64,000 nt of DNA, from positions 12,090,001 through 12,154,000 of the forward strand of contig CM022677.1 in assembly GCA_012295275.1 (NCBI GenBank). Direction: 5' to 3'. This document shows, in pieces, positions 1 through 13,229 of the stretch. A program made the position numbers and the translations under genes. The stretch comes from Chrysomallon squamiferum. Lineage: Eukaryota; Animalia; Mollusca. Numbering within the stretch: the stretch's first letter is position 1; the number at the start of each line of letters is the position of its first letter. The notes under the pieces are model-generated. The model saw only the letters and a program-made list of their open reading frames with translations. It searched no databases and was not told the origin of the DNA.

Positions 1-1010
1 CCTTTATATTCTTCTCCATATTTTTATAACTGAAGCTGATTCCAGAATCATGACTTTCCTGTAGATACAATAATAAAATTTAATAGAAATAATAACTATT
101 TTTCCATTGTGTCTAATACTGTAATGTTAGAAAGAAATTATTATAAATAAAGGTCATCTGTCTCTTATTGTAATATATTTTAATAAATAACAAATAATTT
201 AAACAAAAATACAGATCGATGAAAAAGTATAACACATTTTACATTCTGGTCAACATTAAAAAAAAAAAAATTGTCTTTTATATCTAAATTCATAAAAATA
301 AGTGAAAATATTTCTTTATGAAAGATTTTCTAATACTAAAGAAGAATGCACTGATCAGATCAGAATATGTTAAAGTTAAGCAATACAAACATAACAAGAA
401 AAAAATAAATGTATAACATTAAATGACAGTGGAATACAGTCATAAAAAATAAACATTATCTGTGAATATCATTCAGTTCATCAGCTAGTTTATGTATATT
501 ATTCTAACACAAAACAAAACTGCAGTGTTTAAAATGCTGAAGTGTTATCTTGAACTGAACTGAACTTTTATCTATAAGTATGTTTATTAAAGTCAACAGA
601 TTTGAATCCTGAATGAGGAAGCTGATAAAATGTTTTTTTAAAATTGAACAAAATAATGGAGATACTGCAAGAGGAACACAGAAACTAATCAGCTCTGTGT
701 CATCTCATATATAAAGTGTTGACTGGTAGGAAACAGAGTTGTAAGGATTTACACCTGCTTCTTCCTTAACAATGGCAATTTATAACAATTACCACCAACT
801 TGATGTCTCTGCATTTGGAATGTACATTTTTCAGGAATATCGTGGAATTTTTATAAAAAAGAATCAAGAAATGAAGTACTGGTTTTGACAGGTTTTGTTT
901 TATTTTAGTTATTATTATCGTTGTTGTTGTTGTGGTGGTGGTTGTTGTTACTGCTATTATTACTATTCATGTTGCTATTATATATTTTTAAATAATATAT
1001 CTAAAATGCT

Positions 1011-1210
1011 NNNNNNNNNNNNNNNNNNNNNNNNNNNNNNNNNNNNNNNNNNNNNNNNNNNNNNNNNNNNNNNNNNNNNNNNNNNNNNNNNNNNNNNNNN
1101 NNNNNNNNNNNNNNNNNNNNNNNNNNNNNNNNNNNNNNNNNNNNNNNNNNNNNNNNNNNNNNNNNNNNNNNNNNNNNNNNNNNNNNNNNNNNNNNNNNNN
1201 NNNNNNNNNN
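1011..1210. other. Assembly gap (200 N)
   Basis: Run of N. Confidence 0.99.
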
Positions 1211-1594
1211 CTGAAATAATGTACAGATGCTGAAATTAATACAGTCTTTACATTTTGTATTTTATATCTGTGTATTTTAGTATAAGTTAATTTTTGACAT
1301 CTGTGCATGTTAGTGTTGTATGCTAACTCTCCAGTAAGTCTCTATGTTAATTTTACTAATTAGTGTATGTGTGTTAATTTCAGTAAATCTTTATTTTAAT
1401 TAATTAGATTGTATATGTTAATTTCAATGCCAGCATATTAATTTCTGTAAGTCTGTGTTTATGTGTGTGCATGTGAGAGAGAGAGAGAGAGAGAGTCATT
1501 TTAATAAGTCTATGTTAATTTCAATAAGTCTGTATATTAATTTCAATACGTCAGTATATTAATTTTGCCATGTCTTGATTTTAATTTTATTAAG

Positions 1595-2084
1595 ACTATA
1601 TTAATACAGAAGTGTGTTTTCTCTTTGTTTATTTTCAGTAAGTGTCTATTAATACAGAAGTGTATTTTCTCTGTGTTTATTTCCAGTAAGTGTGTATATT
1701 AATAGAGAAGTGTATTTTATCTGTGTATATTTTCAGTAAGTGTGTATATTAATAGAGAAGTGTATTTTATATGTGTTTATTTTCAGTAAGTGTGTATATT
1801 AATACAGAAGTGTGTTTTCTCTGTGTTTATTTTCAGTAAGTGTGTACATTAATACAGAAGTGTGTTTTCTCTGTTTATTTTCAGTAAGTGTGTATATTAA
1901 TAGAGAAGTGTGTTTTATCTTTGTTTATTTTCAGTAAATGTGTATATTAATACAGAAGTGTGTTTTCTCTGTGTGTATTTTCAGTAAGTGTGTATATTAA
2001 TAGAGAAGTGAGTTTTCTCTGTGTTTATTTTCAGTAAGTGTGTATATTAATACAGAAGTGTGTTTTCTCTGTGTTTATTTTCAG
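1595..2084 (+). repeat. ~50-bp minisatellite (~10 copies) ending at the MCC exon acceptor
   Basis: Unit gtaagtgtgtatattaatacagaagtgtgttttctctgtgtttattttca. tttcagtaag recurs at 1781 and 1831 (period 50). The last copy supplies the AG at 2083-2084. Confidence 0.92.
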
Positions 2085-4813
2085 CTGATGAGTCAGGGGA
2101 GTGTGAGGATCAGGTGGAGGTGACGTCTATACTACAGATAGCTCTTCACTCGAGGAAGTCTGCTGAAGGCGTGGCTCGACATCTACTTCACAAACTGGAC
2201 AGAAGCTGTGGAGTTCACATCACACCCTGTACTTCTCACCCCAGGGAGGATCTGTCTTCTAACAGCAGAACTGCCAGGTGACACTTTACTTGAAGTCTTT
2301 TTGTATTATATGGACTTTGTTTTCTATTATTAGTTTTGTAAGTACTGAAACTGACTTTATTAATTAATACACTTTGTTTTTCACTGTGTTAAATAGTGAA
2401 ACTGACTATTTTATACATTAATAATTTGTTTTTCAGTAACTAAACTAACATTGATTTATATTTCAATGGACTGTATTTTTTTAACCTTGTATTGAATTTA
2501 ATCCACTTTGTTTTTAATACTTAAAGTGATTTTATTTTTATATATATAAATTACCTTTATTTTATATTTATTGAAATCTAATTTTATACCTTTGATATTG
2601 CTTTTATTAACCTAAATGGACTTATAATTAAAAAATAATAGTTTTGCATATAACTAGTTTTTTTTCTTACTAAGATAAATTTAGATTTTGTAGTTTATTA
2701 AAGTCTATTCTGTTATTAACTGGACGTTGCATTTAACTATCTTTTTAAAAGTATTTGACCTAATTAGAGTATTATAAATTTCAAGTGTATTAACTTATTT
2801 TTCCATGACTAGTGATAATCTTTACCAAACCAATTTTTCATTTTGAATTGTCCAGCACGTCCAGTACTCCAGCCAGCTCAGTGGACACTGACTTCACCAA
2901 ACTCGATGAACAGAGACTGTGTGAGTACATTCAGTCACTGAAGAATGACCGGGCAGCGGTCAGAATGACCGTCATGGAGCTAGAGAGTTTACACTGTGAT
3001 CCTCTGATTGATGAACAGAAGAACACTCCAGAAGCTCAAAGACTGGATTTGGAAAATGCTGTGTTAATGCATAAATATAAAAATAAAAATAAATATAAAA
3101 ATGGTCTTCTATTTTTGTATTGTATTATTTCTTTTCATATTCTTTTATCAATAAGACTTATTCTAAATAAAGTGACTTGTTCATATAAACAGAGAAAACC
3201 AAATAATACAAACTTACTGTATAGATCATTGTGTCATAACTACTGATACTGTTTATCACAGTTCTTTATTATAATTTTAAATTGTATCTTTTCTAAGAAT
3301 ACTGAGTAATGTAATACAGAAATGTAATAATAATATGTAATAATGATAGGTTATATCATAATATTGATTATGTATGCCATAACCACTGATACTGTTTTTC
3401 ATAATTACTTTTGAAATGTATCGTTATGATAATAATTAATTGAAAACATTTGGAGATAGTGGACCTGTGTTAAATGTTTTAAAAAAACGACTTTGATTCA
3501 GAATACAAGAGTGTGGCTGCTCTATAAAAACTAAAATCAGACATCAGCAGTTTTGTCAAAACATTTGGAAACATACAGGTGTATAGTCATGTGTAATCTA
3601 TATGGACCTTGGTCTATGAAACACATCACTTTCAAAATTTTAATTCAAATTATATTTAGAGAAAACGACTAAACTCATCAATTCAGAATTATATAAACAA
3701 TATAAATTGAGTCATTGGTTTTCTATCTGGGATTTTTTGTGGAAGAGTTTGTTTGTGCTACTAAAATCAAAATCATTTATATATTTCTAACATAAATTGC
3801 ATCTAAATTGCAGAAATCAGACATCAGCAGTCAGCAGAGTTTGTCACTGACCTGAAACGAGCTAACAGGTAAACATACAGGTGTATGCATGTCATGTGTA
3901 ATCTATATGTTCTACACTAAACATTGGTCTATGCAAACACATAAACACGTTTCAAACAGAAATTCAAATTATATTTAGAGACATTTTTATTATAAACTTA
4001 TGAATATTATAATTATATAAACAGTATATAAATTGACATAATGTCATTGGTTTTTCTATCTGGGATTTTTTGTGGAAGAGTTTGTTTGTGCAGTACTAAA
4101 ATCACTTTTACTAATATTGTTGTTATTAACATTTATATATTTCTAACATAAATTGCATCTAATTTTTATTTAATTTTGTTTTGTTTTGTTTTGTAATGTT
4201 TTGTAGTGATAGCATTAGTATTTCTGTAATATAATTGACATATCTAATCTTTATTTTACTTTATTTTTTGCCCTGTAATGTCTTGATATCATTATTATTC
4301 TAATTTTTTTAATTTTATTGGATAGTATTTTAAATGATTTAATTTTACATCTTCTTATTTCACTTTATTTTATAAAGCATTGCTATATTATTTTTATTTT
4401 TAAATCAAATTAACATAATAGTTACATAGCTTTTTAATTTTATTTTTGTAGTTCCTTTATATGATTAGTATTTTTGTAACATAAATAACATATTCTAATT
4501 TTATATTATTTTTATTTTCCTTTGTTTACCCCCATAGTGCCTTAATACTAATTTTATATATTTATTTTCTATTTTTTTCTATTAATTAATTTATTTATAT
4601 ATTTATTTTTTTATTTATTTTTTCTCTTACAGCGCCTTGATATCAGCGTTTGATAAAGCAAAGAAGAAGTACCAGAGCAAGCTGAAGAAACTTGAGACTC
4701 AGTTACAGGGGATGAGAGATCGCTACGAGAGACAGATAAAACTGCTCAAACAAAGAATTGAAGTGCTTGAGATAGACACTGTTAGGCCACCAACCAATGA
4801 GACTTCATTATAG
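2085..4813 (+). CDS. MCC: Colorectal mutant cancer protein (MCC) orthologue, 3' exons 2085-2277, 2856-~3071 (broken), ~3814-3868, 4633-4813
   Basis: The spliced translation gives ...RKSAEGVARHLLHKLDRSC..., DTDFTKLDEQRLCEYIQSLKNDRAAVRMTVMELES...QRLDLENAVLM, IRHQQSAEFVTDLKRANS and ALISAFDKAKKKYQSKLKKLETQ...TNETSL*. These match recalled vertebrate MCC motifs, including the C-terminal ETSL PDZ-binding motif. GT-AG boundaries are phase-compatible. Confidence 0.93.
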
Positions 4814-6206
4814 CAGACCAGGGATTTTAAATTAACCAATCGCTATGATTGTAACAAAATTCTGTGAGTTCTGTTATCCAGTCACTGTGTCGGTAAGAAA
4901 AGACTGGTAAAAAAGTTTGTAATTTACCAATCATGTAACCATGGTGATCTGAGAGTTAAAAATAGCCAGTCATGATGTCTGTAATAAAAGACTGGCCACT
5001 GGCCTGTAATAAACCAATCATCATGAATGTAACAAATGACCTGCCAAAAATATTTGGAATTAACCAATCAGTGTTGTTCTTGAAAAATTCAGGTCAGACA
5101 AATATGTGCAAACATTATTCAATACCTTGGACCATTCAAACAAATGTGCAAATGAAACATTATTGTGAAAGAACTTTGTGTTTATTTTGACCAACGTCTG
5201 TGACCAAAATGACCAAAACAGACATTACAGAAAACACTTCATTTAAATTACTGTTGATGATCTAAAGAAAATGTTTGTGTGAATCAGTGTCAAAGGATCA
5301 CCGGTTACATCTGAAAAAACAATACAACACAGTGGTACAACACACTAGCCAGTGAAATCTTATTACAGGAAACAGTCTCAGAAAAAATGATTTGTTCATC
5401 TTAACAGATTTTTGTACATATTTGTTAATGTTTTAGTGAATTTACATTTTAAACTCATCACTTGAATCAAACAGTGAAAACTGTGCAGAGAAAAAACTCT
5501 TTAATTATAAATGAAATCCTGAGAGGTGATTGGATCGTCAGCTGACAATGAAAATAATAATTAACCAATGAAATTATTTATTTATTAGAGCTTCTGGCCA
5601 GTCAAACAGTAGAATACATCTGAGCTTTAACCAATGAACAATCCTGTTTTATAACATGACATCAGACAAAGAAAAATATCACATAAAAATTAAAATGTCA
5701 GTTTTATATCACATTTGATATTTATGTATTATCTATAAAAATTTATGTATTATCTATAAAAACTGTTTTTAAACCAATGAAAATGATTTTCTCAGACATA
5801 TTAGCCAATCAAAAGTAGTTTACTATCTGTATTGATCATTAAAAACAGATGTATCTATTTTATCTTTTTAAAATATTGACTTTGTAATTCACTCTTAGTG
5901 AACATGATAAAAAAATCTTACTGTAATTTTATATTTAAACCATCCAATATTATAATATTTTCAATGGATTGGCTAATTATACAGTATAAATATTTTTATT
6001 AAGGGTTTAAGAACATTATTTGAGTCATTTCTGTTATGATAATGACAGAAAATAGACTCTTTGAAGTTAATCTCTCATATCAAATGGTGAAATGTAAAAA
6101 TTATATTATTATTTTTATTTTTATTATTACTATTATTATTCTTCTTATTATTATTATTATGCTATTATGCTAATAATATTGAGATAATTATTGTTATTAC
6201 AACTTC

Positions 6207-6250
<44 letters not shown>

Positions 6251-7233
6251 GTCATTAGTATTATTACACTATTATTACTTCCACTACTACTACTACTACT
6301 GTTAGCAAAATAATTCTTATTAATATTCACCATCTTTGATTTTAACTAAATGGGGTAATGCTGCGTTTGTTTCATCATGATATTACACCAGCTGTTAGGC
6401 TTTTTTTAATTCACAAGTGTTGAAAATATTTGTTATTAGCTGATTATATGCAAAACTTATTTGTGATATGTGTCTTCATTATGCATAATTAGAATCACAC
6501 TGAATTGTTTGTGGCACTCTAACATCATGAAAAGTGATTTAATTTTTTTTTATAAATATGTTATCAAAAGTGCTGTTTTGCTAAGAGAGAGATGATTCTT
6601 GTATTATTAAACAAAATGTTCTCTTTCACAGTTTAAGAGTATGGTCTGAATTTGAATGAATAAAAAGAAATAAGATGTATATATGTTTGTATAACTCAGA
6701 AATTTAAAGAATGTTTAGATGTACCAGTTTCTGCAACTGATCACATCTGGAAATAGAGTTTCACATCAGCAAACTTTGTATTTGTAGACAAACTAAAACC
6801 TTTAAGAATAAGATAATTTCCCTTTAGTTGGCCTAATGGTCTGTTAAAAAATGTATTAAAAAATATATATATTTCGTTAACACCTTAAATGTAGAATTAT
6901 ATGCAGATTTCTTATTTGTTGGTCAATATCATTAAACATTCATTAAAATAGATTGTTATGACATTTTAATTTAAATATATTTTAAATGATATAAATTTCT
7001 TATTCGGTGGCCTATAATGTATTTAAATTTAATTACATTTCCCATTTGGCAACCTAGATCAGTAAAAACGTACACAAAGACATTGTAAAGGCACATACTG
7101 AATCTGAAATAATATGTAAATGTTTTTGTGGGCTGGTGTGAATAGTTACTTTATAAAAAACAGACATGATCATGATGGTAAAGTTTACAAATTGTTAAAT
7201 GGGCATTATCATGTTTAATGTTACTTTGTATGC

Positions 7234-7239
7234 AATAAA
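7234..7239 (+). terminator. Candidate polyadenylation signal of MCC (AATAAA)
   Basis: AATAAA followed by a T/GT-rich tract at the end of a ~2.4-kb UTR-like region. AATAAA is common in this AT-rich DNA, so support is weak. Confidence 0.3.
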
Positions 7240-7994
7240 AAAAACTCATCTATTTCAGCTAAGAAAGTTGTTTAGTTTTATTTCCAAGTGAAGAAACCCA
7301 GTGAATAATGACAGGCAGAATTATTTATAATAATAATAATAATAATAATACAATGACAATAATAATAATAACAAGAACAACAATAATAATAGTAATAATA
7401 GTAATACCAATAATAATAATAGTAATAATAATAACAATAATAACTAGAATGGAAATAACAATAATAGGAATATAATAATAATAATAATAATTATAATAAA
7501 ATAAAAATAATACTTTATTTTACATAATTTAAATGAATTCTCTCTAGAGATAGCTGGTGTGAGTTGTACTTTTTATTCTCTCTTCATAAAATATTAAGTG
7601 AAGTAACAATAATCAAATATTTTTTACAAAATCTGTTAGTAGTGAAAATTAAGTTACTAATAACCACAAATCTGATATTTATTTTCACTCATTCTAACAA
7701 CCATTTGATTAACAAACTATAGATGTCAATAGTCCAACTTTGTCTTAAGTTATGGTGGAATTTAAGACTGTTTTGATTATGCTGAAAATTTAGTTAACTT
7801 GGCTGCACATTGAGTTTGAAATACAGTGATGTCACTTCTAGCTCTGTTTTTCACTTTAATTTCTAACTATATCCAACCAAAAACAAAAACAAAAACAAAA
7901 AAATTAATAATACAATAAATAAAATAATAATTAATAATAAACAGTAAATACAACAAATGAATAAAATAATTATAAATAGATATAAACAAGTGAA

Positions 7995-8270
7995 TGAGGC
8001 AGAGACAAATGACAGAGACAACTGAATTAGACTGAGACAAGTTAGAGATACAAATGAGACAGAGACAAGTTATAAAGACAGCTAAGTGAATGAGAGAGAC
8101 AACTGAATTAGACTGAGACAAGTTAGAGATACAAATGAGACAGAGACAAGTTATAAAGACAGCTAAGTGAATGAGAGAGACAACTGAATTAGACTGAGAC
8201 AAGTTAGAGATACAAATGAGACAGACAAGTTTTAAAGACAGCTAAGTGAATGAGAGAGACAGCTGAATGA
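7995..8270 (+). repeat. 81-bp tandem repeat (~3.3 copies)
   Basis: aactgaatta recurs at 8020, 8101 and 8182. Confidence 0.92.
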
Positions 8271-8799
8271 GATATTTTACTTTCATTCAAACACTCAAAG
8301 AATGAACAGATTATATAAATATGTATATTTCATTAATGTTTTCATGTTGACATTTTTCTTTGATTCATATAGTAAAAATAAAAATCTTTCTCATAGATAA
8401 ATGAGACAATTCCAGTGAAAGTCTTTCATTGCTGTCACTGTGCATAGAAATATTTCTCCATATTTTTAATGTTTTTGTGATTTGTTTGAAAAGACTAACT
8501 ATTTTAATGAACACTAGTGAAATTTCATCCTTCTTTCATTTATCAGATATATTTTTAAATATAGAAATAAGACATTTTTGAAGCAGTAATTTAACATTAG
8601 TCCTAGAAGCAGAACATAATATTTATTAATAGGTTAGAATAGTATATGCCTATCTATAAGATTATTTTCTGTTTAACAGAGAAGTTAATCATAACACTTC
8701 TATAAGGCCAGTAAGATTGATTGCAATAGGATTATTGCATTATTTTCCTCTAAGCATGCAAAAATAAATAAATAATTAAATTAATAACTAAGTAAGTAA

Positions 8800-9400
8800 T
8801 AACGTTAGAAACAACACCGTTATTACGACAACAACGGCGACATTAATACAAACTAATAATACATTTTAATGGGATGCGGACACTAAGACGTTAAGAACAA
8901 CCCCTTTACGATCACCCCATTAATAGATACACCAAAACGTTCAGAACAACGCTGGTACGACGGCAATGACGGCGACATTAACAGAAATTGCATTAATATA
9001 TTTTACCGTAGTATGTGCCTGCTCAGAAAGTATGAGGACATAAAAAGCGCAAAAGAATAACACTACTACGACGGCAACGACGGCGTCATTAATAAAAATA
9101 GTGATAATATTTTTTAACATAGGTTGTGGACACTAAGAAAGTTTGAATACAATAGTTAATAAAAAGCAAAATAATACAGAGAACGTTGAGAACAACGTCG
9201 TATACGACGGTAATGACGGCGACATTAATAGAGATGATAATCATAATATAAGATGGGAACGGTCAGAAAATAAGAATAACAGCGAGTAAAAATTGAAAAG
9301 GAATAATAAGGAGTACACCAATAACGTTAGGGGCAACGACAGTGACATTAATAGAAATTACAATAATATATTTTAATAGGTGATGCGCCCGCTTAGAAAC
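8800..9400 (+). repeat. Degenerate CpG-rich satellite-like repeat (acgacggcaacgacggcgacattaata family), block 1
   Basis: About 5 diverged copies of acgtt(g)agaacaac...acgacggcaa(c/t)gacggcgacattaa...atattttaa...cactaag. Confidence 0.75.
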
Positions 9401-9596
9401 TAACTTGAACGTACTCAGTAAATAAAGAGGAAACATGACCCCTAACACCCGGACCTTTAAAACACGTGTCTGTAGATCTCCAGTATACAGTTTCATATTT
9501 AGTCATGTTTTTAAAACATCGTTATTTTATTTATGTTTTTATTTTTTTATTTGCACTTTTCGTTCGTGCGGTTTTTCTCCTATTTTATTTTTGACG

Positions 9597-9637
<41 letters not shown>

Positions 9638-9937
9638 AAACTTTTTTGTTTTGAAATTTATCTTGCAATTTAGTATTTTTAAACGAGACTTTAAGAATAA
9701 TAATCATAATTAAAACAAATAATAACGAATTGATGAATTAGTTATATATTTAATTAAAAAAGAAATGAAATTAAACAAAGTAACTAAATTAATTACTTAA
9801 TTAATTAAATTAGTAAGTAAATAAATAATATAACTAATTATCTGTTTATTTATCAATTCACGTAAAGAAAGAAATGTCTGTGGACTTTCAACTTCAAAAC
9901 AGTTAAAGTGAAACTAAATTAGCAGACAGTTTCAAGT

Positions 9938-11886
9938 TTACTTTTTACACCATGTAAATATTTTTATTTCATTGCTCTGTGCCACGTACAGTTTGTTGTC
10001 ATCACAACAGACAGACAAAGGTTTGGACAGTCCATCCTGGCATGTGAGAATGTCACGTGTAATGTTACCATCTCGTGACAACTGAACAACACAATTTCTA
10101 TCACAACTACAAACAAAAATATTTCCCTCCCTGTCACATGTAACACCTGTCAAGCCTTTCAGTTTGTGTGAATCACGTGACTCCCATTTGACGTCACCTG
10201 ATGACGTCACACAAACTACACTGTTTAGCTTTGACACAACAATCAGACATTGATCGTGAACTGTGAGACGTGACGGTTCGGGGATCAAATCTGTTGAGAT
10301 GGAATTAATGAGCTGACCACTGTCTGTCAGTATGTCCAAGCACTGACTATTGTACCCAGTGACCGCGAGACGGTTGCCTGGTAGCACAGCGATATGCTGA
10401 TACTTTTTAACAGTTGTAACTGTTTTTACCAGTTTGAAGTTTTTCAAATTTAAAAACAATATTTTACTTTCATGTGGCAGAGCAACAACAACAACAACAT
10501 CACCCCGCTGATCACGTGCTTCAGCAAGACCCCATAGTGGAGAGGAAGTTTCGTATCTTTTTATCAGTGATTTTCTTTTTAAACAAAAACATTTTACACA
10601 TTCATTGAAAATATCACTAACAACCATTTTACTTTTGTCTGCATCTGACATCAGCAGGGAAAACGGAAAAGGATCTGTTTTATCTTTTTGTGTTTTTATC
10701 TTAATGGTGTTTGTGTGTTTGAGAGTGTCTGTCTGTCTGTCTATCTGTGTGTCTGTGTGTTGTGTTTTTGTGTTACTGGTGTATGTGTGTTTGAGTGAGC
10801 CTGTTTGGATGTTTGTGGATATTTCTCCAATGTGGACTGACATTTTTGACTTTTTATCAGATTTTATCAGATTTACTTTAAACTTTGCTTTTTCTATTTG
10901 GGAAAGAGATTTGGACAAAAACTCGGAAGTTGTGTTTTGAAGTTTGGTGAATTTCGAAATGTTAATTTTTATATCTGACTCTGATTTTCTTGTCAGCAAA
11001 TCTTCCCCCAATTTTATCATTTTTTCGTTTTCCTCAATCAGATGTTTGTGTTCATTGAATAATTTGTCTATTTCTGAGTTTACAAAGTTCTGAGATTTTT
11101 CTATTTCTCTTATTAACCTGTCTTGTTCTTTGTGGACTGCGGCAGTAAAATCTGTGATTAGTGTGTTACCAATCATTCTGACCTCTTCTGTAGTGTCCAG
11201 GACGTTGATGCCGACGGCGTGGCGAAGTTGCTCAATCATATCATCTATCTCTGTCTGAAGAATTTCTTTAAAGGTTTTGAGACTTTCAGAAACAGAGCTC
11301 AGAAGTGACATGTGATCTCCCTTTTGAGCTGAAGTAAATAAATAAATAAATAAATAATCAATCAGTCAATTAATTAATTAACTATAACTACTATTATTAA
11401 TAAAGGTATGCCTACAATGTGACGTTTTAGAATGTATTTGATCAACTACTTTAAAAATCTGAGTAGAAAAATGTCATAAATAAAGTTTCCTCTATTTCTT
11501 TAGCTTGTGATGGTTAATATCTTTAGTTAAACAGTCACTAAATGTTTTCTTTTTTTAGTATTTTATTGTAACGAATCTAAACACAACACTGCTGACTCAC
11601 AAAACTTTGATTGTAGCCGATCATTAGCGGCGTCCTGTAATGAAAGGTTTATAGGGAATTGATCTGCCCATGTTTACACTGGTTTCGTGCTGTCTGAGAT
11701 GTGGACATCCTGCCTGCAAAACGGGCAGGTGATTTGTATGTCGTTGTTGTTGTAATTATGACTTATAAAGTCCTGCAGGCATTTGCTGCAGAACGAATGT
11801 CCACAAAATAATATTCGCGGCTTCTTGAAAAGTTCGGTACAAATGCAGCACGAAAGATTACCATCAGAGTTTGCAGCTGTTGCCAT
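9938..11886 (-). pseudogene. TRIM-like E3 ligase gene (C3HC4 RING, coiled coil, NHL-like beta-propeller), exons 11886-11601 and 11328-9938, one in-frame TAA at 11676-11674
   Basis: Exon 1 reads MATAANSDGNLSCCICTELFKKPRILFCGHSFCSKCL...ITCPFCRQ...KPV*TWADQFPINLSL, with a GTGAGT donor at 11600. It joins in phase 1 to the cag acceptor at 11331-11329, in frame with the 457-aa ORF (coiled coil, then GVTCDREGNIFVCS...VVQLSRDG...GLSKPLSV propeller repeats). Confidence 0.85.
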
Positions 11887-11981
11887 ATCTGTGAATAACA
11901 ATAACAATAATAACAACAGCAACAACATAGAAGAATCAGAGAAGATAAAAAGGAAAATACAGAGAAAGAAAAATGTAACTA

Positions 11982-12038
<57 letters not shown>

Positions 12039-12940
12039 AATAAATAAATAAATAACAATAAGAGATAACAAGAATAGCAGTGGAGGTCAAAATTAAAAAC
12101 ATTTTGAATCAAAACCACAAACAAACAAAAGTAAAGAAAAAATTCACACACAAAATAAAAATAAAGTATCAATTCCGTTTACTTCAAAGGGCCAACGGAA
12201 TATACAAATAAATAAATAAATGAAAGGATAAAATAAATAAATAAACGTGCGAATTTAATTATAAAATTATAAATATGCTATTTAAGCTACTCATTTATTC
12301 ATTCATTTATTAAATTTATTTTGTTTGTAAAAAAAATAAAAGAACTATTAAAGTGAATTACAAACTTGCTAAATTTAACCTTGTGACGTAAGTTTGAGAA
12401 GGAAAACGACAGTTCTACTGTTATATGTTATATGAAACAAAGCATGAAATAAATAAATAAACAAATAAATAAACATTTGTGACGTGGCTATGAATGCTGC
12501 AAGGTAATTTCGCACACCACTATTTCAGCCTATGCTACGTAACCAAGCCCACTCATTTTCATGGTAAAACTGGAATGTGGGCAATGAAAGAAACGTGACA
12601 TTCACAGAAGTAATGTATTCAGTGTAATAAAAACGAAACATTTCATAGTAAACGAATGAATTTCTGATTGCTGCTGAACATTATTTTATTAACGTCGAAC
12701 TCAACAAATTTTTAATCTGCAGTTGAATGGCTTCATTCATTGATAAAGTAATCGAGAAAGATAAATGCGACAACACATCGCCAGACACTACTTTTCTCTG
12801 ACCACTGAGCAACACCCTCCACTCTAACACAAAACAATTTTGTACAGAAATTTATGAAAATAACATAGATTACTGTTTTATTTTATAATATCTTACACTA
12901 ACGAAATAACAAGGACAACAACAAAACAAAAATCATAAAT

Positions 12941-13016
<76 letters not shown>

Positions 13017-13024
13017 CATCTTAC

Positions 13025-13182
13025 CTTTGTCTTAAGAAATGGAAATTTTAAGACCTGCAAACAATTCTCTTCTATTCGTCTGCAATGTCAGTTTGCTGGC
13101 GAACAGACGACACTGGTTGAGTGGAATTTACCAATTTCAATAAAGGGGTGGAAGCCTTGACATTTTATAGAACACTTTTGTT
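13025..13182 (-). promoter_or_regulatory. Putative core promoter and non-coding first exon of the TRIM-like gene
   Basis: On the minus strand: TATAAAA at 13169-13163, AAG|GTAAGA donor at 13024, kB-like GGAATTTACC at 13123-13132, and IRF-like GAAACAAAAGTG just upstream of the TATA. Confidence 0.4.
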
Positions 13183-13229
13183 TCTTCTGCGAAAAAAATA
13201 ATCGTGAACGTTTTAAATGCTTGTGATAA

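Noticed and set aside
7867-8202. 111-aa ORF with 27-aa repeats
   Set aside because: An artefact of the 81-bp tandem repeat lacking stops in one frame.
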